From the NCBI GenBank assembly GCA_009924895.1, contig RFQR01000001.1, positions 79,575 through 143,574 on the forward strand: 64,000 nucleotides of DNA, in the 5' to 3' direction. The notes under the pieces were generated by a model. The model did not search any database. It was given only the letters and a program-made list of their open reading frames with translations, and had not been told where the DNA came from. The translations under genes were made by a program, and so were the position numbers. Shown here in pieces: positions 8,141-15,361 of this stretch (the stretch's first letter is position 1; each line of letters opens with the position of its first letter). This DNA is from a bacterium. GTDB lineage: Bacteria > Patescibacteriota > Minisyncoccia > Phycocordibacterales > UBA2100.

Positions 8141-8635
8141 TTATTTCTGTGTTTCGTACCTCCACTCGATGCTGTCGCCAGGAGCGACCATTTTTTGTGA
8201 AGCACCAAGATCTGATGAGGTTCCATTGACGTACAGGAACCAATACATGCCGTTTTCATTTTTTCGACCCGCAACAGAGTCGACGAAGTCTCCTAATGAT
8301 GGGTACGCACGAGAAGTGAAGTTTATTTTACCGATACTACGCTCGTATTGCATGGTCTCGAGTACGGTCTGGTTCTTTTTAGCGACCATTCGCACGATAG
8401 TTGGTAGCTCTGAGGCCTGTGTTACTTCTTTTTGAGGCGAGGTAATTCGAGTAGGAAGTGGCGATGGCGCGATGCGTGGTTGGTTCTCGGTCGAGGTAAT
8501 TGTTTCTTTTTTCTGGAGCGCAGGGGCGAGATAGGCATCTTGAGTGTATTGATAGGGTTGCTGCGATGAAAGTGCGCCAGAGCCGATGCCGACGATAAAA
8601 AGTACAAGAACAATGAGAAGTATTTTTTGGTTCAT
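8141..8635 (-). CDS. DUF4430 (transcobalamin beta-domain-like) membrane-anchored protein
   Basis: Start MNQKILL at 8635; C-terminal GDFVDSVAG...YWFLYVNG..SDLGASQ..V.PGD.IEWRY. Confidence 0.85.
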   Translation of the reverse strand: MNQKILLIVLVLFIVGIGSGALSSQQPYQYTQDAYLAPALQKKETITSTENQPRIAPSPLPTRITSPQKEVTQASELPTIVRMVAKKNQTVLETMQYERSIGKINFTSRAYPSLGDFVDSVAGRKNENGMYWFLYVNGTSSDLGASQKMVAPGDSIEWRYETQK

Positions 8636-8705
8636 ATAAAAAGCTCTGCTGGTGCAGAGTCTTGAGAAGTGCCGTACTAGCACAAGATCCTGCTCGGGAA
8701 TTTTT

Positions 8706-8815
8706 CTTCTTTGAAGACCGGACTTGTCCACGTAAGGTGGCATTACCGTTGCGGCACAGTGGAGGAATCACCTGTCCGTTGAAAACAGTTAGGACACCTC
8801 ACTTCCACAAAGAAG
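8706..8815 (-). promoter_or_regulatory. Cobalamin riboswitch
   Basis: Minus strand GGAAGTGAGGTG...ATTCCTCCACTGTGCCGCAACGGTAA...AAGTCCGG matches the Cbl riboswitch core. Closing stem CTTCTTTG/CAAAGAAG. TATGAT box at 8828-8823. Confidence 0.85.
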
Positions 8816-8870
8816 TGTGAGCATCATACACCCGCAAGCACTCGAGTCAAATATATGCTTGAATGAGTTC

Positions 8871-9617
8871 ATGATTGGTCTCTTCGATTCGGGCTGCGGT
8901 GGGCTCACTGTGTTGCGTGCTATTCGCGCACGTGCTCCTCAAGTAGATATTGTGTATTTCGGCGACATACGAAATGCCCCTTATGGTTCTAAATCACAGA
9001 AAGAACTCGAACGATTAACCAAAAATGGCATACAAGTATTGCAGTCTTTTGGTGCGAAGGACGTGGTGAGTGCTTGCAACAGTGCCTCCACCTCATTTTT
9101 GGAAGGTGCGACGCGCGGGCGATTTGTGGAAATGACGCGACCGACCGCACGCGCGATGCGACTTCTCGCAGGGGCGCGCGTGCTTCTCTTAGCGACTGAA
9201 GCCACGGTGAAATCGGGTATTTATAATGATGCACTCGATCCGATCGTTTCGCTGACGCCACTCCCTGCAGCACTGCTTGCTAGTTCTATTGAAAATGGGG
9301 AAGATAATGCCGAAATAAGCCGCATTGTCTCGACTCTTTTTGACATCGTGGCGCGTAAAAAGTTTGATGCGGTCTTGCTTGCCTGTACTCACTATCCGTT
9401 GGTTCGTGACGTTATCCAGAATGAGGTCGATGCGCGATGGGGGCATATTCCGGTTCTTGATCCCGCTGATGCGGTAGCTGAGGAAGTGGTGGAACGTTTC
9501 CCAATCGCTGGGGGCGGGAAGACCACCTTCTATATTTCAAAAGAGAGCGCACCGTTCCAGCGATTGGTTCGTCGCCTTTTTGGCGCAAGGAAGTATGCTG
9601 TAGAGGTAGTGTCTTGA
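8871..9617 (+). CDS. murI: Glutamate racemase
   Basis: MIGLFDSGCGGLTV, PYGSK, ACNSAS, LACTHYP. Confidence 0.93.
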   Translation: MIGLFDSGCGGLTVLRAIRARAPQVDIVYFGDIRNAPYGSKSQKELERLTKNGIQVLQSFGAKDVVSACNSASTSFLEGATRGRFVEMTRPTARAMRLLAGARVLLLATEATVKSGIYNDALDPIVSLTPLPAALLASSIENGEDNAEISRIVSTLFDIVARKKFDAVLLACTHYPLVRDVIQNEVDARWGHIPVLDPADAVAEEVVERFPIAGGGKTTFYISKESAPFQRLVRRLFGARKYAVEVVS

Positions 9618-9641
9618 CACAAAAATAGTATATTATACTAT
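9614..9641 (+). promoter_or_regulatory. Sigma70-like promoter with palindromic operator for the TA operon
   Basis: TTGACA (9614-9619), 16 nt, TACTAT (9636-9641). Inverted repeat ATAGTATA-t-TATACTAT at 9625-9641. Confidence 0.6.
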
Positions 9642-9662
9642 GTATGTATTATATTGTAATAC

Positions 9663-9899
9663 GTGCATACTATGCGCAACGTAACCATTCCGCTCCCAAA
9701 AGACCTGCTTGCATACCTCGATGAACAGGTGGCATCTCATCAGGCAGATACACGCGCAGGGCTGATTCGTCGCATTATCGCGCAGCACCGCGAGAATGAG
9801 CTTGTTACCGTATGGCGTCAGGCACAGGAAGAGCGTCGAGCGGGAAAGACAGTACGTGGCAATCTGCGTGACATCCTAAAAGTATTTCCAACTGAATAG
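9663..9899 (+). CDS. Ribbon-helix-helix (CopG-like) antitoxin
   Basis: NVTIPLPKDLLAYLD...TRAGLIRRII; directly upstream of a RelE-like toxin. Start may be ATG 9672. Confidence 0.75.
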   Translation: MHTMRNVTIPLPKDLLAYLDEQVASHQADTRAGLIRRIIAQHRENELVTVWRQAQEERRAGKTVRGNLRDILKVFPTE

Positions 9900-9906
9900 T
9901 TGCACT

Positions 9907-10164
9907 ATGGGAATTGTATTCACGACTCGTTTTTTGCGTTTAGTGAAGAAGATGAGCGTGAAAGAGCAGAAAAAAGTCTTGAAACTAGTTGAAATATTTG
10001 AGAAAAATCCTAAAGATCGTTCGCTCAAAGTTCATAAATTACAGGGCAAACTTGCGGGAGCTTTTGCGCTCTCAGTAGAGTATGATGTACGTATACTCTT
10101 CAGTGTTGAAGATGATGAAATTCTCTTTTTCGATATCGGCTCACACGATGATGTGTATAGATGA
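9907..10164 (+). CDS. RelE/YafQ-family mRNA interferase toxin
   Basis: FTTRFLR...LKVHKLQGKL.G...SVEYD.RILF...DIGSHDDVY. Confidence 0.85.
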   Translation: MGIVFTTRFLRLVKKMSVKEQKKVLKLVEIFEKNPKDRSLKVHKLQGKLAGAFALSVEYDVRILFSVEDDEILFFDIGSHDDVYR

Positions 10165-11480
10165 TTATGAACTACCACGATTTTTTTTCAGGCAAAAAAG
10201 TAACCCTCATGGGTTTGGGGCTTCTTGGGCGTGGAGTAGGGGATGCTCAGTTTTTACTTGAGCAAGGAGCGGAAGTTTTGGTGACTGACACAAAAACAGA
10301 ATCAGAATTGAGTGAATCATTGGCTCAACTTGAGGGAGAAAAAAACGTATCGTTTCGTCTTGGTGGGCATGACACCCTCGATTTTATTGATACCGATATG
10401 GTGATAAAAGGGGCGGGGGTTCCTCTCAACTCTACCTACATTACCGATGCAAAACGCGCTGGCATACCGGTATACATGTCTACTGCTCTTGCGGCACAAT
10501 TTGCGCGAGAAATGGGCGTGAAGATTGTTGGCGTGACGGGCACGCGCGGAAAAAGTACGGTGACTCAGATGATTGTTCATGTTCTCAAACAATCAGGTCA
10601 TCGTGCACATGTAGGAGGAAATGTGCGCGGTGTTTCAACGCTCGCGCTGTTACCGCAGCTCAAGAAGGGAGATATTCTCGTTCTTGAGCTTGATTCATGG
10701 CAGCTGCAAGGCTTTGGCGACTTGAAGATAAGTCCTGATGTGTCAGTATTTACTAATTTGATGCCCGATCATCAAAACTATTACCTAAATCTCGACGTAT
10801 ATTTTGAAGATAAAGCAAAAATATTTTCACATCAAAAATCAAGCGACATTTTTATCTGCGCTAGGGGGATATTCGAAAAGGTAAAAGCGGCTCATCCACC
10901 GGTCGTGCCTCGTATCCCTGCGCCACTTCCTGATTCATGGGTAGTACGGGTACCGGGCATGCACAATCGTGAAAATGCGGCTTTTGCTGTAGAAGCGCTC
11001 CGCGCGCTTGGTGTATCAGAAGAGGAGATACAGAAGGGTCTCGAGTCATTTGAAGGAGTGGAAGGAAGGCTTCAGTTTGTAAAAGAAATTCGCGGCATCA
11101 AAATCTATAACGACAATAATTCCACAACACCAGAAGCAACAATCGCGGCGCTCAAGGCACTCGACCATGAAAAGAAAAATATCATTTTGATTGCTGGCGG
11201 GTCTGATAAAGGGCTCGATATGAGCGCGCTCTTATACGAAATCGCACACACCTGTAAACGCGTGATTTTGCTTGCGGGGAAGGGTACCGACCGCGTTGTG
11301 CCGTTTATGCAAGACTACTCAATTTTTGATTCACTCGAAGCTGCAGTACATGAAGCAGTACGCGCGGCGCAGCCAGGGGATGTGGTTCTTTTCAGCCCGG
11401 CGTTTGCATCGTTTGGCATGTTTAAAAATGAATACGAGAGGAATGACCGATTCTTGCAAATAATGAAAGATGTGACATAA
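10161..11480 (+). CDS. murD: UDP-MurNAc-L-Ala:D-Glu ligase
   Basis: MGLGLLGRG, GVTGTRGKST, ELDSWQL, NLMPDH, YNDNNSTTP, IAGGSDKG, FSPAFASF. Confidence 0.95.
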   Translation: MIMNYHDFFSGKKVTLMGLGLLGRGVGDAQFLLEQGAEVLVTDTKTESELSESLAQLEGEKNVSFRLGGHDTLDFIDTDMVIKGAGVPLNSTYITDAKRAGIPVYMSTALAAQFAREMGVKIVGVTGTRGKSTVTQMIVHVLKQSGHRAHVGGNVRGVSTLALLPQLKKGDILVLELDSWQLQGFGDLKISPDVSVFTNLMPDHQNYYLNLDVYFEDKAKIFSHQKSSDIFICARGIFEKVKAAHPPVVPRIPAPLPDSWVVRVPGMHNRENAAFAVEALRALGVSEEEIQKGLESFEGVEGRLQFVKEIRGIKIYNDNNSTTPEATIAALKALDHEKKNIILIAGGSDKGLDMSALLYEIAHTCKRVILLAGKGTDRVVPFMQDYSIFDSLEAAVHEAVRAAQPGDVVLFSPAFASFGMFKNEYERNDRFLQIMKDVT

Positions 11481-11540
11481 TTTGGCGAGCCTTGGCATCC
11501 CGCCAAGAGCCTTGAAAAGGAGCTGACCATGTGACAGGAC

Positions 11541-12044
11541 ATGCTCGGAATCGTTGCGGATTTCACGACGAAATTGCGCACAGGAGCAATTACGCCAGAA
11601 GAAGCAAAGCGTTTTTTGCGGCGCGAAGACCCCTTTGCCCCACAAACCGCGGGCACCTTCAACCCCGCCACCTTCATCGGTAAAAACTGGGACATCATCG
11701 GCGAGCATAAATCCCTCCCCGAAGGATGGAACCCCTCTTTACTCAAGACAGTCTGCCCCCTCAAAAAGTGCGAGTCGTACCTCAACGGGAACGAATGGAA
11801 GAAACGCCTCGAAGGCACCAGCCTCCTCGGCGTGGAAGCCTTCTGGCTCTGCTGGAACAATCAAGAGCAGATTCCCGCAGAGCTGAAAGACAAGATCATC
11901 TTCTTCGACGGAGATGAGCTGCGCGGTCCGGACGACGATCGGTACTCGTTGTGCCTCAACTGGCACGGTGGACGGTGGGACTGGAGCTTCGACTGGCTCG
12001 GCGACAGCCGTAACGCGAGCTACGTCTCTGCGTGTGCAGGTTAG
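11541..12044 (+). CDS. DGR target-like protein with C-terminal variable region; original start at 11529 followed by a TGA
   Basis: C-terminus RYSLCLNWHGGRWDWSFDWLGDSRNASYVSA with NNC codons between fixed Trp codons. Adjacent hairpin and RT fragment. Confidence 0.7.
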   Translation: MLGIVADFTTKLRTGAITPEEAKRFLRREDPFAPQTAGTFNPATFIGKNWDIIGEHKSLPEGWNPSLLKTVCPLKKCESYLNGNEWKKRLEGTSLLGVEAFWLCWNNQEQIPAELKDKIIFFDGDELRGPDDDRYSLCLNWHGGRWDWSFDWLGDSRNASYVSACAG

Positions 12045-12093
12045 CACTGAGAGCTAAAACCCTCAGCACTGCACTTGGATGCTTTGAACTTTG

Positions 12094-12117
12094 CCCCCAC
12101 CAAACTATCGGTGGGGG
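12094..12117 (+). promoter_or_regulatory. GC-rich stem-loop downstream of the putative VR (DGR homing hairpin or terminator)
   Basis: CCCCCACC-aaactatc-GGTGGGGG, perfect 8-bp stem. Confidence 0.6.
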
Positions 12118-12155
12118 ATTTTGTTACACTTACAAACGGTAGTAGGCGATTATGA

Positions 12156-12554
12156 ATGAGATTACGATTTCATTCTGCCTCAATCCAGTATCTGCACAAA
12201 CAGAATGGGTGCGATTTTCGATATGTAAATGATTTTGTTATTCTTTCCCGTAACCGTACCGAACTCGAAATGCTACTGCACCCCTTGGAATATTTTCTAA
12301 AAGAAAGACTTAAACTACTGCTTCATCAAAACAAGGTTTCAATTCGCACTCTTGCCTCAGGTGTTGATTTCCTGGGATGGGTACATTTTCCCGATCATCG
12401 AGTACTGAGAAGTCCCACCAGACGCAGGCTTATCAAGTTCTGTGCTAATAAAAGCGTAGATGACCCCTCTGTTATCTCATACCGTGGTCTCTTAAGGCAT
12501 GGCAACGGGCACAGGATAGCGCTTCGTATTTCTGGGTACGACGGAGTATACTGA
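12156..12554 (+). pseudogene. DGR-type reverse transcriptase, C-terminal fragment
   Basis: FRYVNDFVIL (degenerate YxDD), L.LHQNKV, GVDFLGWVHFPDHRVLR, SYRGLLRHGNGH. RT domains 1-4 absent. Confidence 0.85.
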
Positions 12555-12559
12555 CAAAG

Positions 12560-12945
12560 ATGGCAAAACAGTTTGATGATTGGAATCGTAAAAAACAAAA
12601 ATTGATGAACGAACTAATGTGCTTTTGTACCACACGCGCGAGGTATGGTGGGTGCATCTTGGACTCAATGTTGGTTTTGAACAAGACGGTATGGGAGAAT
12701 ATTATAAACGCCCGGTACTTATTCTTCGTGGGTTGAGTCGGAATGTGTGCATTATTATTCCGCTTACGACGTCGGAAAAAAGAAATATGTTTTATGTTGA
12801 TGCTGGTGTAGTTGCTGGCAAGTCAGCTGCCGCCATTATTTCTCAAATCCGATTGATTGATACAAAACGTCTTGTAGAAAAGATTGCTACTATGCCAGTA
12901 AAAGAGTTTGAAGTTATACGAAAATCGGTCAGAGATTTACTCTGA
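12560..12945 (+). pseudogene. PemK/MazF-family toxin, frameshifted near the N-terminus
   Basis: MAKQFDDWNRKKQK from 12560 is out of frame with REVWWVHLGLNVGFEQDG...RPVLI...IPLTT...SQIRLIDTKRL. The shift lies in the A-run at ~12590-12601. Confidence 0.8.
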
Positions 12946-13009
12946 CCGATTTTCGGTATTGTTGCCTTCAGGTTATCCTGAAGGGGAGGCCGAAGCCATT
13001 TGCATTTGT

Positions 13010-14383
13010 ATGATACACCTAACAACACAAAAGTCAAGTCTACCGGTCCACATACATATGGTAGGGATTGGTGGCGTTGGCATGTCCGCGCTTGCCCAGC
13101 TTCTTGTCTCGCGTGGTGTTTCTATAACTGGGTCAGATAGGTCTGAATCACCAACAACCGAACTCCTTTCTCGAAAGGGAATCGTGGTATCAATTGGGCA
13201 TGATGGATGTCTCATTCCGGCAAATACTGAAATGGTTATTTATAGCGATGCGGTGTGGCCGGATAATCCAGAGCGAATGCGTGCAGTGGAGATGAAGATT
13301 CCACAAATTTCGTATTTTGAAGGACTTGCTCGCGCAACGGTAGGCATGCGCACTGTTGCAGTTGCAGGTACACACGGCAAGACAACTACGACCGGCATGC
13401 TCGCCAAGATTTTGATTGATGCAGGTGTGTCTCCGACGGTAATCGTCGGTTCTATTGTGCGTGATTTCGATCCACACTTGCCCAAAGGTGAGATCGGCCG
13501 AACAAATTTGCAAAGCAAATCTGTTTTAGGCTCGAACTTTGTAAAAGGAAAGTCAGATATATGCGTCGTGGAAGCGTGCGAATATCGTGATCATCTCCTC
13601 GAACTCAGTCCTGAAGTATTGGTGATTACCAACATCGAACTTGATCATACTGATTTTTTCCCCTCACTCTCTGCGCTTCAAAACACGTTTCGTACTGCAG
13701 TAGAGAAAGTGCCACGAACTGGCGCTATTGTGACAAATCAAAACGACCCCCACATAAAGCCCGTTCTTGAACACGCACAAGCGCGCATTGTTGATTACAC
13801 ACAAATGGCAGTAGGGAGTCTTTTATTGCCGGGAGAGTTTAATCGAGAGAACGCACGTGCAGCGCTTGCTGCGGCGCACATTGTTGCCCCAAAGCTTTCG
13901 CTTGAAGCCGGCGTTCACTCGCTCTCACAATTTAAAGGTTCATGGAGACGCTTTGAATATAAAGGAGAGATGAAAAGTGGCGTGCAAGTGTATGACGATT
14001 ATGCACACCATCCCACTGCGGTTGAAAAAACCATCGCTGCTGCTCGCGAGAAATTCCCTGGCAAAAAAGTGGTGGTTGCATTTCATCCGCACCTCTTTTC
14101 GCGCACTCGTGATTTTATGGACGAGTTTGCACAAGCGCTTTCAGGAGCCAATGAAATACTCCTTGCTCCGATTTTCCCTGCGCGTGAGAAACCAATTGAA
14201 GGAATAACCAGCGAGGTACTCGCAGAAAAGATTGTTGCTCTCGGTACTTCTGCAAAAGCATTTACAACCTTACATAACATGTACGACTACTGTGTCGATG
14301 CGAATTGGAACGATGATACTGTGCTGTTGACTATGGGTGCGGGAGATATCTACAAAGTCGCAGAACAACTAACAGAAGAATAG
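13010..14383 (+). CDS. murC: UDP-MurNAc:L-Ala ligase
   Basis: GIGGVGMSALA, AGTHGKTTTT, VEACEY, NIELDH, DDYAHHP, FHPHLFSRT, MGAGDI. Confidence 0.95.
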   Translation: MIHLTTQKSSLPVHIHMVGIGGVGMSALAQLLVSRGVSITGSDRSESPTTELLSRKGIVVSIGHDGCLIPANTEMVIYSDAVWPDNPERMRAVEMKIPQISYFEGLARATVGMRTVAVAGTHGKTTTTGMLAKILIDAGVSPTVIVGSIVRDFDPHLPKGEIGRTNLQSKSVLGSNFVKGKSDICVVEACEYRDHLLELSPEVLVITNIELDHTDFFPSLSALQNTFRTAVEKVPRTGAIVTNQNDPHIKPVLEHAQARIVDYTQMAVGSLLLPGEFNRENARAALAAAHIVAPKLSLEAGVHSLSQFKGSWRRFEYKGEMKSGVQVYDDYAHHPTAVEKTIAAAREKFPGKKVVVAFHPHLFSRTRDFMDEFAQALSGANEILLAPIFPAREKPIEGITSEVLAEKIVALGTSAKAFTTLHNMYDYCVDANWNDDTVLLTMGAGDIYKVAEQLTEE

Positions 14384-14385
14384 GT

Positions 14386-15069
14386 ATGGGAAAACTCTCA
14401 ATCGTTGCGACACCGATAGGAAATCTTGAAGACATCACGCTGCGTGCTCTACGGACTCTCAAAGAGAGCGATGTGATTTATGCCGAAGACACCCGTGTGA
14501 TTACCAAACTTCTCGCAAAGTATGAAATTGAAAAACCATTGCAAAGGCTCGATGCTGCCTTGGAAGGAAAACGAATCGAAGAAGTAATTGAGCGCATTAA
14601 TACGGGGGAGAAGGTTGTGTATGTTTCCGATGCGGGTACGCCAGGAATTTCTGATCCCGGAGCACGGCTGGTGGCAGGTGCGCGAGAGGCAGGAGTAACC
14701 ATCGAAGCAATTCCAGGTCCGTCGGCGCTCACGGCGCTTCTGTCTATTGCAGGTCTTTCATCTGACGAATTTGTGTTCGTTGGCTTTTTGCCGCACAAAA
14801 AAGGCCGCCAAACCGCAATAAAAGAGATGGTCTCTTGTGCTCGACCGACGATTCTCTACGAATCACCACACCGCATTGTGAAGTTTCTTGAAGAGCTTGC
14901 AGTGTATGACATGTTTGCCCGAGTCACTATTGGTCGTGAGCTCACAAAAATGTTCGAAGAAGTGCTTGTTGGTACCCCTTCCGAACTTGGTACGCTTCTC
15001 AAAAAGGGGAAAAAAGAACGCGGAGAATTTGCTGTTATTGTTGAACCTTCAATAACCGTTAAAAAATAG
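14386..15069 (+). CDS. rsmI: 16S rRNA (C1402-2'-O)-methyltransferase
   Basis: VATPIGNLEDITLRA, AEDTR, SDAGTPGISDPG, YESPHRI, RELTK. Confidence 0.95.
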   Translation: MGKLSIVATPIGNLEDITLRALRTLKESDVIYAEDTRVITKLLAKYEIEKPLQRLDAALEGKRIEEVIERINTGEKVVYVSDAGTPGISDPGARLVAGAREAGVTIEAIPGPSALTALLSIAGLSSDEFVFVGFLPHKKGRQTAIKEMVSCARPTILYESPHRIVKFLEELAVYDMFARVTIGRELTKMFEEVLVGTPSELGTLLKKGKKERGEFAVIVEPSITVKK

Positions 15070-15084
15070 GTATACTGTCGGAGT

Positions 15085-15303
15085 ATGTCACTTGACACTC
15101 TCATCATGTTTGCGGGCGCGTTTGTGGCAGTTTTGCCTTTTTTAGGATTCCCGGCAAGCTGGGACCGTGTGATGTTCTTTATTGCAGGTGTATTTGTCTT
15201 TGCGCTCGGTATTGCAGTTCGTCGACGCATACCGCGTAGCGTGCCGCGCACATTTGTCGAATCTGTCCCCCCGCCATCCGATACGAAACAAGAGATCTCG
15301 TAA
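15085..15303 (+). CDS. Small two-TM membrane protein
   Basis: 72 aa, LPFLGFP motif, GGTATACT upstream. Confidence 0.7.
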   Translation: MSLDTLIMFAGAFVAVLPFLGFPASWDRVMFFIAGVFVFALGIAVRRRIPRSVPRTFVESVPPPSDTKQEIS

Positions 15304-15361
15304 CACTCACGTACACAACGCTTGCGCCACTATTGGTGCGGGAATTTGTTACAATAACCCC

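Noticed and set aside
8636-8743. N-terminal extension of the DUF4430 ORF
   Set aside because: It lies in the riboswitch and expression platform. The signal anchor begins at Met 8635.
12156-12554. Group II intron or retron RT
   Set aside because: No domain V/VI-like structure or maturase motif is evident. The C-terminal motifs and the adjacent VR-like gene fit a DGR better.
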